Assembly: GCA_028534125.1 (NCBI GenBank)
Contig: CM052816.1
Span: 69,504,062-69,568,000 of the forward strand
Source: Lama glama
Taxonomy: Eukaryota
Length of the DNA stretch: 63,939 nucleotides
Reading direction: 5' to 3'
Shown here: positions 50,715 to 61,090 of the stretch, one piece after another
How positions within the stretch are numbered: the stretch's first letter is position 1
Layout of the letters: each line of letters opens with the position of its first letter
The notes under the pieces: model-generated
The model's database searches: none
Seen by the model: the letters and a program-made list of their open reading frames with translations, nothing else
What the model was told of the DNA's origin: nothing
Made by a program: the position numbers and the translations under genes

Positions 50715-51960
50715 GTCTATTGAAGGTATACTGTCTGGTGTATGTTGCAGATCCAACAATGAATGAGACAGCCCTAGTACCTACCTTCTTGGATAAGTAA
50801 GGGCACACGTCATCAGTGTTCAGGGAACACACAGTGGGGGGGGGGGCCTCTAATCCCAGAGGGACAATGGGGTTGCAGGTCACGGCCGACTTTCTGGAGG
50901 AACTAAAGTTATGTGGGTTGAGGCTTAAAGAAATGGGATAGGAGTAAGGTACAGGAGGAGGAAGACGAGAGAATTCTCTGAGAGGGAGTAAACTGGGCAA
51001 AGGCATGGAGGTGAGAGCACAGTGAGTAGTCTGGTTGGAATGCAGACTGCCAAGGGGCCAAGCCTTCCCTTGAGATTGGGGAGGGGTTTTACAGACTGAA
51101 TTACATCTCCTTCCCAAGTCATACATTGGAGTTCTAAACCCCAGCACCTCAGAATGTGACTGTATTTGGAGATAGGGCCTATACGGAGGTAATTAGTGTT
51201 AAATGAGGTCCTAAGGGTGGGCCCCTGATCTGATACCTTTAGTGCCCTTTAGAAAAGACTCCAGAGGATGGAGAGAGCTAGCTGACTCTCTCATGTTCTC
51301 CCCCTCCCCCTCCCTGAGCACATGGCCGTGTGGAACCACACAGTAACTGTCTGCAAGCCAGCAAGAGAGCCCTCACCGAAACCAAACCCTCACTGAAGGC
51401 TGATTTTGAACTTCCTAGCCTCCAGAGCTGTGAGAAATAAATGTCTTGTTTAAAGCGCCCAGTCTGTGGTGTTTTATAACGGGAGCCGGAGCTGGCTGTG
51501 TCGGGGGCACTGGCGCAAGGACTGAAAGGGCTCTATCAGCCTTGCTTAGGAGCTTGGTTTGTATTCTGAGGGTTTTGGGGAGATGTGGAAATGTGGTAAA
51601 GAGCAGAACGGAATAGGCAGGTCAGTGACAACTGGACAACCTAGCAATGGTGGGCAGTGGGATTGAGGGGAACTGCTGGTTTCAAGAAATGGTTTCATCA
51701 TCACGGAGACAGACACTGTTGACTGGCTGAGTGAGCAGGGGAGGGTGAGAATCAGGGACTTCAAGTTTCTAGTGTGGGCAGTAGGTGGATCATGGGTGAC
51801 CTTGCTCATTGAACTGGGGAACCTAGGAGAGGAACAAGTTAAGAAGAGGAAAGGATGCCTGTAGTTTTGGACGTGGTGAGTTTAATGTGTCTGTGGGCTA
51901 TCTAGTCAGAAATGTTTCCTGAGCAGTTGGCTTACACAGTTCTGGACATTGGGGGAGAGA
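50715..51960 (-). mobile_element. L2 LINE fragments interrupted by an MLT1 LTR
   Basis: Contains 'gatgaatgagacagccctagtacctaccttc', 'ggagcttggtttgtattctgag' and 'gttttggacgtggtgagtttaatgtgtctgtggg..atctagt'. Confidence 0.6.
51087..51500 (+). mobile_element. MLT1A0/B-like MaLR solo LTR
   Basis: Contains 'ctaaaccccagcacctcagaatgtgactgtatttggagatagggcct...ttaaatgaggtc...tgcaagccag..agagagccctcacc...gcctccagagctgtgagaaataaatgtc.tgtttaa'. Confidence 0.85.
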
Positions 51961-53471
51961 AGGGAGAGAGAGGACAGGAAGGGAGAGACAAATGCACTGC
52001 CCATCTAGGTACAATGATCCTAGTGGCAATGGCCGAGCCACTTTGACCCTTTGAGTGTTTTCTCTCATCTCTTGTAAAGTATAAATAGTGTTTTCCTTGC
52101 CTACTTCACCAAGCTCTTGTATTCTTCAAAATAAAACTAAAATAAGAAAATGTACCAAAAACACATTTGTAACTGCAAAGGATGGTACACATTCAAGTAT
52201 TTATTTCACTGGGATTAAAAGGGGAAGTGCTGTACATACGAAAACAGATAAGAGGCACCAGGGAGTAAGAGCCCAGACTAGGGACCGAGGGAGGGGACAG
52301 GGTCACAGGGAGGACTTGGTGGTATACAGAGGGAAGGGAAGGGCTCAGATGACAACTTTTCCAAGTCCAGCTGACTTTTTTGAGAGAAATAGGAACATCA
52401 AGAGAAGGAAACATGTTTGTTGGAAAGGTAACTTTTCAGGAAAAAGTCACATTGCATTTGACGAGATGGTATTCAGACATCTGGGTGCATGTATCCAATA
52501 GATGGTTGGGAAATGTCATTCAGGGTATCTCCTCCTTGCTGATTTGTGCTCTTCCGGTTCCCCTTTCCTTTTATTTTCTGTAAGATTTAAACACAGCACC
52601 GCCTCAGAAATATTAGCTGGCCAGCGCAGTGTGAATTTTAGGAAGTGCGGTCTGGTTGCCTTCAGGAGGGCCCTGCTCACTCCTGTTCACCACAGACCTT
52701 GTGGGTCCCTCGGATCCTTTCCTCTCTGTTGTTTCTGCCTCACAGACGGAGTGTTCTTGGCCTGCCCTGAAGGTATTGGACTTGATGAACCCAGGTTTAC
52801 GGTTGCCCTGGACTTCTTGGCCTGAGAGGGAGAACGGTGGGGTGGGAGTGAGGACGAGGGTCAGAGCCACTCCAGACCCCGTCACAGAGGGAGCGCTGTG
52901 GAGGAGTGTTCCCTGGGGTCTGATGAGAACGGACTGATGTTTTCTCTTTCAACCACCGAGAGCTGCAGGATCTGGGACAAGTTGCCTAACCCACGGGAAA
53001 CCCAGTTCCTCACCAGTAGGTGTACCTCCTTCAGGGTTGCCACCAAAGCAAAATAGCATTTGGGCACGCGTAGCAAAGGGTACGGTAGTATGCTCTCAGC
53101 AAATGTGGACACGTCTCTTTGGTTGGTTTTGTAGGAATATGGGGTTGAGAATTTAAAATAATGCTATAATTCATGCAGGATTGTCAGGGGTTAGGCAGGC
53201 TCTTTTGTTTTTTATGTTTTTTGTTTTTAATGCATACTGTTTCCATTTATTCAGCTCTCGTAAGTGAGATTCCACTTAGAAAGTGTGTGGCATCTACTTA
53301 CTCAGTAATACTTACCTAAACTTTTATAAATCTTGGCCAAAAACCATCAGGATATTTCAAAGGGGAGAAGCTCGGACAAGGTCCTAGAACTCTTCTGGAC
53401 AGTATGAATGATTTATGAGCACCGTTCAGGCCCCTTGGGTCTTTTATTAAGCAATTAAACCCACTGGTCCT

Positions 53472-53601
53472 GGGGAGGGTATGCTCAGTGGTAGAGTGCA
53501 TGCTTAGCATGCACAAGGTCCTGGGTTCAATCCATCAAAAAACAAACAAACCCAATCTGCTCCCCCCCAAATAAAATAAATAAAACAAAACAAAGCAAAA
53601 A
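53472..53601 (+). mobile_element. Camelid-type tRNA-Ala SINE (vic-1-like)
   Basis: Head GGGGAGGGTATGCTCAGTGGTAGAGTGCATGCTTAGCATGCACAAGGTCCTGGGTTCAATCC with A/B boxes and an A-rich tail. The perfect 14-bp TSD TAAACCCACTGGTC lies at 53456-53469 and 53602-53615. Confidence 0.93.
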
Positions 53602-54182
53602 TAAACCCACTGGTCTGGACCTAGAAATTCTGTACTTCCAATCCAAACCCCACTCTGTCTCAGAAGTTCTTTTCAAAGGTTGCTCCACCAAGGAGGGGGC
53701 CTAGTTTGCTTTGCATATGTGTGTGTCTGTGTTTTGAGAGAAGGGGAGTGAGGCAGACAGATTTTGGCTAACCCAGGTTGCCCCAAGGAGGGTCTGTTTT
53801 CCGAATAATTATTTCCCAAGGGTAAGCCAATGAAACAGAGACTGCTAGGTGTCTCTTCTCAGCTGCTGGTTCTTTTGGGGTGGAAGGAGATTGGGTGAGG
53901 ATACAGAAGGCTGAGGGAGGAGGGTAGGTTGAAGAAGGCTCCCCACTTTGAAAAAAAATCTTCCAAAAGCCCTGTAGGCATGGTGGGGCCTTTCCTACCA
54001 GCCATGTTGTAAGTTGGGTTTGTCTGGCTTTTTCTGAAGCCTGCTCTTTCCATGAGACCCTTTTTGATGTGGCCCTGACCCCATTCAGAGGAAGTGGCTC
54101 AGTTTCCAGGTTGCTTCCGGGTTACAAATGAAAGAGGCATCTTTTGCTTCTACCACTAGGAGTTCCCTACCCGTTTCTGTAT

Positions 54183-54420
54183 TAAGTGGTTTCTGCAGGG
54201 TAGAGTGGCTAAGAATTCCCTGGGAAGCTTCGGCAAGTGCAGGAGATAGGGCCTCCCTCCAAAGATTTTGATTCAGTAGGTTTAGGATAGTCTGATTCTG
54301 ATGGACACATTCTAGGTCAGTGGTTCTGAACCCTGGCTGCACCCAAGAATCACCTGGGAACTTAAAAAAAAAATCAGTGCCTGCCCCTACCCTTATGATT
54401 ATAACTTAATTATTTAGGAT
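54183..54420. mobile_element. Adjacent MER5A/B fragments
   Basis: Contains 'ctccaaagattttgattcagtaggtttagg' and 'cagtggttctgaaccctggctgcacccaagaatcacctgggaacttaaaaa'. Confidence 0.7.
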
Positions 54421-54708
54421 ATTAATAGGTACACATAGACACCTAGTCTCAATAGTTCATAACTCAGCATGAGGGACATAGGTCAGCATATCTCAAACTA
54501 AGATCTTGCTGCCTGTCTCTAAAACTGTCTCAGTAACTTTTTAATTTTTTTTATTATATTTCATCCCATTGTCTACCAGATCTTCATATGTTTCCAACAG
54601 AGGGAATTCTGATTTATGACCTTTCTCCCATCATCTCTTAATTCATTGTCCCAGGCTCTGTTGAACATGCCCACGGGATCTCCTGTAGGGTGTCCTTTTC
54701 CCTGCCAC

Positions 54709-54722
54709 CCACCAGGGGGCAG
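54709..54722 (+). promoter_or_regulatory. CTCF-like core motif
   Basis: CCACCAGGGGGCAG closely matches the CTCF consensus CCASYAGRKGGCRS. Confidence 0.45.
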
Positions 54723-56174
54723 GCACACTCAGTCAGATACTTGGGATATTACCTTCTCTTGGTGCACATTGTAGTTGGTAGAGAAAAGAAAATGTGTATT
54801 AAAGAAAAGAAAGACAAACCTATGAATAGGAAAGAGATCCTGTTATGACTTGAGATCTTTAGTTGCCATGACAGGTTTTTGCTGCTGCCCAAGGACTTTT
54901 TTTTCTAGAAAGGCCAGTCTAAGGGAGCCATCACTGTGGCTGGAGTCTTGTCCAAACTTGAGGAGTATTCAGTGAATTGAGATGACTTGGTAGAGCAGTG
55001 AGGAGTAAGAAAATCTGTGCGTAACCACTGATAACCGAGGTGACAAGAGGGGCCCTTGGGTTCTAGGAGTGTCACAGATGCCTCCCTCCTCACAAACATG
55101 GGTGGGAAAAAGCCCCTCAGAGACACCTGGAAATGCTTCTCCCAACAGTAAACAAGTTTTTTTTTAGGGATGGTATGTTTGCTGCTTTTAAAGTAATATT
55201 TTGACATCCCGTTTCTAAAATGCACAGGTCATCGAAAGGAGATTGGGGAATAAAGAAAACAAACCTCTTGACTGAAGAGTTCTTAGAATCCTTAAAATGG
55301 GATTCGTGACTAGCGATGTTTTGTTCCTGATCCCAGAAATTCATTAAGGGGAATATTTTTTTTTACACTAAAGAGAAGTGTTGGTGTTTACATGGACGGG
55401 AGGAAGAGGAGAAACAAATAAGTGACTTACCTGGGGAAGAGGCTAGACCTCTTCAGATAGCTACAAGTTTTTATTATAAAGCCTGATAGAAACATCAAGA
55501 AACAGTAGTGCAGGAGGTGAGAGTGACACTCTGTATCCTTCTCATTGCCTTTGTCTTTTGTTGTCTTGGCGGTAGCAGCATCACTTTGGTGTTCAGGAAC
55601 ATTGAACATGAGGAGCATCGCTGGGCATCAGCAGTGCATCTGCTGTGCAGTTGCTAAGCTCTGACCTCTCAGCGCCTTCCTGCCCTTCCAAATGGGACCG
55701 TGCTTCTCCCCTGGTAGCTTCTGCTACTGCATCATGGCTCTTAGAGCTCAGGGGGAGACTGCAGTGCTGGAGAAAGGAGGAGGGACTGGTCCTCCTGTTT
55801 TCTTGCTGTTCCACTTGGTGCCTTAATCTGGCTGTCCACCATATCATTATTCACAAAAGATGAGATCTGAGCCAACTCTGAATATTGGACCTTTTCTGTT
55901 CTATGCTTTATGCAGAAGTTAGTGATTTAGTCACAGTTTTGGACCAACACTTCTGTAGATTAGCGGTGGGTGTCTCGAGAAGCCTTGTCAGGTTGTTGTG
56001 CTTTGTTACACGATGTGACCTGTCACAGAATGGTTTGCCAGGGTTAGTCAACTCTGGCTGACTTTCTATGGATGCTTTTGCCCTTCCTTTTATAGGGTTC
56101 AGAGATCGTATGAGGCAGAGGCTAGAAGCAGAGTATGTTTGGAACTAGATGCCCTTAGAAATGAGCTCTCTGAT

Positions 56175-56961
56175 GGGTATGGAGAAAAGGGAACTCTCCT
56201 ACACTGTTGGTGGGAACGTAAATTGGTGCGACCACTATGGAAAATAGTATAAAAGTTCCTTTAAAAACTTAAAATAGAGTTGCCATATGACCGATCCAGT
56301 AATTCCACTCTTGGCCATATACCTGGAGGAAACTCTAATTCGAAAAGATTAATGCATCCCAATGTTCATAGCAACACTATTTGCGATAGCCAAGACTGGA
56401 AGCAACCTAAATGTCCACTGACAGACGACTGGATAAAGAAGATATGGTGTGATGTACATACGTACGCGCGTGCACACACACACACACACACACATTACTC
56501 AGCCATAAAAAAGAATAAAATAATGTTATTTGCAGCAACATGGATGGACCTAGACATTATCATACTAAGTGAAGGAAGTCAAACAGAGAAAGACAAATAT
56601 CATATGATATCACTTATATGTGAAACCTAAAATATGATACAAATGAATTTATTGACAAAACAGAAACAAAGACATAGAAAAAAACCTTATGATTGCCAAA
56701 GGGAAAAGGAGGTGGAGGAGGGAAAATTTAGCAGTTTGGGATTAACAGATACACACTACCATATATAAAATAAACAATAAGGACCTACCGTATAGCACAG
56801 GGAACTATATCAATGTCCTGTAATAAACCATAATAGAAAAAAATATGAAAAAGAATATATATACGTGTATATATATATATATATATGTCACTGAATCACT
56901 TTGCTGTACAACAAAAACTAGCACAACATTGTAAAATCAACTCTGCTTCAATTAAAAAAAA
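56175..56961 (+). mobile_element. 5'-truncated young L1 (ORF2 end, 3' UTR, poly-A)
   Basis: ORF 56280-56630 reads WKQPKCPLTDDWIKKIW…YSAIKKNKIMLFAATWMDL…. The TSD AGCTCTCTGAT lies at 56164-56174 and 56962-56972. It contains internal (CA)n and (TA)n tracts. Confidence 0.95.
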
Positions 56962-57715
56962 AGCTCTCTGATAAAAGCTTTCTGTTTCTTCTAATTCTTG
57001 TGTAGGGTCCCCAGGGTCCTCTGGTTCTGTAGATTGAAGGGTTCCAAGTTTTTCTCTCTACCTCTGTCTTGTCTCTGCTTGCTTGAGATAATGTTGTGAT
57101 TTGCTTTTCTTCCCTATCCTCTTATTTCCTGCTTCTGCTATTCCAGGTCCCTTCTCAGAAAGTGAGTTACTCTGAAGAAAATCTTACCTCCTTCTGTATA
57201 TGCAGGGGCACCTACTGTTTTATACCTACAGCTTTTTCTAGATTTCTGTGCTGATTGAGAGTTTTCCTGTCCTGTCACTAATTGTGAACACGTTGACAGT
57301 GGCTCATGTGCTGTAAGGCATTGAAGTTGTCTGAAGTGATGTATCCCTGAGGGCTACTTGTTGATGGTGCTGAAATTGCCTGGTAGTAGCTGCCCTGGCG
57401 ACCTTGGCAGCGACCACAGAACATCCAGACCTCTCTGTCGCCTTGCTTCCTGGGCAGAGGATAGCCCATGACATCCTCTGTGTAAAAGGTAGGGCAGACC
57501 TCTGCTGGCCCCTGTTTCTGTGGGCATGAAAGGCAGAGCCCCCACTGAGCTTTCCCACCGGTCTGGGTCTTCAAAGTGACTTCCAGCAGTGTGATTTAGT
57601 GGGAAGTGCTAAACTCTCCAAGATTCAGTGGCTTTGAGCAAGTCATCTGGCCCCAGAAGCCCCCATTTTTTCATTTGCAAAAAGATGTTCATAGTCACAG
57701 CAGCAATAGATTTGA

Positions 57716-57841
57716 ATTTTTTTTAATTGGGGGAGGCAATTAGGTTTATTTATTCATTAATTTTTTTTAATGGAGGTGCTGGGTCTTGAAGCACCTCCTG
57801 CATGCTAAGCGCGTGCTCTACCACTGAGCTCCCCCTCCCCC
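57716..57841 (-). mobile_element. Camelid-type tRNA-Ala SINE inserted in a MIR
   Basis: Contains 'gggggaggcaattaggtttatttatt...aatggaggtgctgg...tgcatgctaagcgcgtgctctaccactgagctccccctcccc'. A MIR core lies immediately upstream (57590-57700). Confidence 0.88.
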
Positions 57842-58399
57842 ACCCAGAGGCGGTAGATTTGCAGGGGCGGAGGGGCGGAGCCTGGCTCCAGCTTGTCACG
57901 CCCCTTGCATGGTGTGGGCGGACGTGCGGGAGCGCCCTTCGCTTCGCTTGCCGAGGACCCGGCTGTCGGCGGACCCCGCTGTCTGCAGGCGTCCTCTTTC
58001 TTCCTCGGTGCTCGCAGGGAGAAGATGAGCTCGACTGCTTGGCCTCGGGGCTGACAGAACCAGTGTCCTTTGCCTCAGGTGTGGTGAGTGCACTCGCCAT
58101 GTTGTCTGATAGGCCGGGGAGAAGATCCTTGATGTCTCTCTTCAGTTGGAGGCCTGTGAATGGCGGAATGGCTTTTCCTGATGTGACTTTGATTTGAATT
58201 AGAAAATTTTTATTCACGTTGATTTTTAAAACCTTCTAAACAGACAAAAAGCAAGGTCTTCTCTAGTGCAACTTTTTAAGTTGTCTTGTGAAATAATCTA
58301 TTCAGAAAATTTTATTTCTATTTCTCGTCCTTTGGATTTGTTTCACGGTTGTCCCTTTCACCCTAGTTGGTCCGGTGACACTGTCGTAGATTACCTCGG

Positions 58400-60691
58400 C
58401 TTCCGGGTTCATGCTTGGCCTCTGAATTCTGGAGGATGGTTTCTCCTTTCCTCGTAATCAGCCAGCTTCAGCCATGTGTATGGCCTGTCTGAGGATTCAG
58501 ACACTAGGCTCTCTGGTCGCAGCCTTCTGTCCTTCCACCTTCTACATCCTTCAGTCCCTCTGAACTTCCTGTTGTTCTTAAATCCAGTAGATGGCCATTT
58601 TCCACTTATTTTCATCTCATCTCTCACTCCCTTCCTTCTCTTGCTGGTTCTCAGGCTTGCTTTGACCTCCAGAGTCCTTCGTTGACTGGCATCCCTAGAA
58701 TCCCTGCCCTTTTAACCTTCTTTCTACCCACTGTTTCCACGGTCCTCTCCCTGCCTCCTTCCACCCCCACCCCTTCCTATTTCTACCTACCAGACCACTG
58801 GAGGAAATGATATTTCTGGGCCCAATGCTTCTAGTATAGATGTGTGCCACCTGCCTCTGCTGGAACCACAGTGGTCCTGAGAAAGTCCCGTTAGTTTTAG
58901 ATCCTTCTGTCTGAGATCCCATCCCATTCATTTCCTTACTTTGATAGGAATCTTGCCTTATTTTTAAGTGAGCAGGATGTTGAGCAAATGGAATGTCCTC
59001 AGCTTTCCTTTCCACCTCACCATTTATCCATATTTTGTTTACACAATTCTCACTTTCCTCCTTATTCCTTTCCAAGGCCAGCCTCTCTACTTAGGCATCC
59101 ATCCATCTCCTGCAGGGCCTCCTACCCCCTCTTCCCTGTCTTCCTCTCTCCCTTTCCATAGACTCTCTTCCCTTTATCCTGTGACCCACTTCACTTCCCT
59201 GAAGCCTTATCTTCACAAGGACCTCTCATCCCCTTAGTTACACATTTCTCAGGAGACCTAATTCTTTTCCCTGCTTCATTCTTCACCACCTTAGCCCTCT
59301 GGCCAGGTGGCATCTTATGTTCTTCCACGGAAACTTCCCAAGTCATCAAGGACCACTTCCCTAGTTGCTGGAGAATCTACTTCTTGGCATCTTCACCACC
59401 TTGGACATAGTTCTCCACTCCAGCACATCTTGGATGGTTAGTCAGTTTATGTTGAATGGATGAATAAAGGAATTTAGCTTTTCTCCCTTGGTCTCCATGA
59501 CATGGTACCATCTTTTTTCACTTGGAGTGTCTCTGACCACTCCTTTTCAGGCTTTTTTCCACCTGGCTTTTAAATTTTGTTTTGCCAGCTTGGCAGAATG
59601 CTGAAAACTAAGGGAATCTTAATTGAGTACCCATTGTGTGCCAAATGCTGTCTTTTATGTGCTTAAACTACATTAACTTTTCTGATCTTTGACAACCATA
59701 TGAAGTAGTTAAGTCCCGTTTTAGAGGAGAAAAGCTAAACTTGAGGGAATTTAAGAAACTTGCCCACATAAATATTAGTGGGAGAGAAGGGGTCTGAATG
59801 CTGTTTGGTTGCAACACCTATGCTTTTCCTACAGGACTCAGGTGGGAATCACCTTTGTGTTTTACACAGTGCCTAACCTAGTCCTTGTATACAATGTCTG
59901 TTAAATATTTGAGGAGTAAATATCATCTGTTCCTGTGGCTTCAATCTTTTTTTTTCCTTTAAAAAATATCGACTTAAAAATAGCAAAAAGTAGTGTGTGC
60001 TTGTTGATAAAAATTCACAGTGAAAGTGTGCTACAAAATTAAAAAAAAAAATTCCCTCCCTCCCCCTCTCACCACTCCCACTCTCAAGGGGTGGTGACAA
60101 CTATCGTTTTTACACTGCTGATGTCCAAGTTTTCGATTTCAGTCTCTAGATCCCTCTTGAGTTTCACAATCCAATCTCTAACTGTTGAGCCCAGATGCTG
60201 ATTTATAGCTATTTATATTTTTCCATATAATTGTTTGTGTTTATGTATTTCAGCCATTTGGCATACTTTTGGATGGTGGCAGATGTGAAATCAATCACTC
60301 AATCAACAAATTAATCTCTCATTCCGCCCACTGGCTCTGTTTACACGTCTGTCTTGTTGGCCCCTCCAGCTCATATTCTTCAAAATTAAACTCCTTTTCG
60401 TTCTTCCATCCTTCAACTCCATTTTCTGTGCCTCATCTGAGTTAAGTTTCTACACCATCTCCCTGTCATCCTTGTCTCAGCTCTCTTCGTGTCCCCATCC
60501 AATCAGATGGCACGTCCTTTCAGTGGCGGAGGGTGACCGCAGTGTGTTCCCACGGCCGCTGTTGGAGTGCAGCCGCATCTCTTCTGGCTTGGACAGTTAC
60601 CTTGGCCTCCTCGTGATCCTCTAGCTCCACTCTGCCGAGACTTAACCTCCTACAACCTGAAAGGTCATCATGTCCCTTCATTGTGTGCGCG

Positions 60692-60722
<31 letters not shown>

Positions 60723-61090
60723 TTTTTATACTAATGCAGTCTAAGTTCTGGCCACATCTGTTTCTGGACCCTGTCCTGAAATTTTAGTCTTCTATGTGTA
60801 TTCACACTTTCCTATTTACTCCAGATGCACCCAGCATTCAGTGCACTGCTCCCATGCTACAGCATTCCTGTAACCTCTTCCCAAGATGCTGCCAGTTCTC
60901 AAGTCCAGAGAAGCTCTTCCATCCTCCATGCACTTTTAGTGCCACTTACCCTCAGTATTGACACTTGGTTCCTTTTGCCTGTTGTTAGTGAAGTTGGTAA
61001 TTTAGGTCTATTGCCTCATTAGATTATAAATTCTTTGAAAAGCCTGTGTGGCAGATATTTTTATGCTCCTTTATTTACATTAATTTATTG
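58400..61090 (+). mobile_element. Decayed L2 LINE fragments with an antisense MIR (about 59620-59830)
   Basis: Pyrimidine-rich L2-like sequence ('aagtcatcaaggaccacttccctagttgct', 'tcccttggtctccatgaca', 'ccccatccaatca'). The MIR part reads 'ttgagtacccattgtgtgccaa..cccgttttagaggagaaa..aacttgccca'. Confidence 0.55.
60696..60722. repeat. (CA)n microsatellite
   Basis: About 13 CA units preceded by TGTGTGCGCGCAC. Confidence 0.95.

Noticed and set aside
53472..53534. tRNA-Ala(AGC) gene
   Set aside because: It has a tRNA-like head only. The 3' acceptor strand is missing, and it has an A-rich tail, a 14-bp TSD and three sister copies in the window, so it is a SINE.
57750..58217. GC-rich ORFs (155 aa and 131 aa) as a coding exon or processed pseudogene
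   Set aside because: They overlap a SINE, show no recognisable protein motif, and their length is explained by stop-codon depletion in GC-rich DNA.
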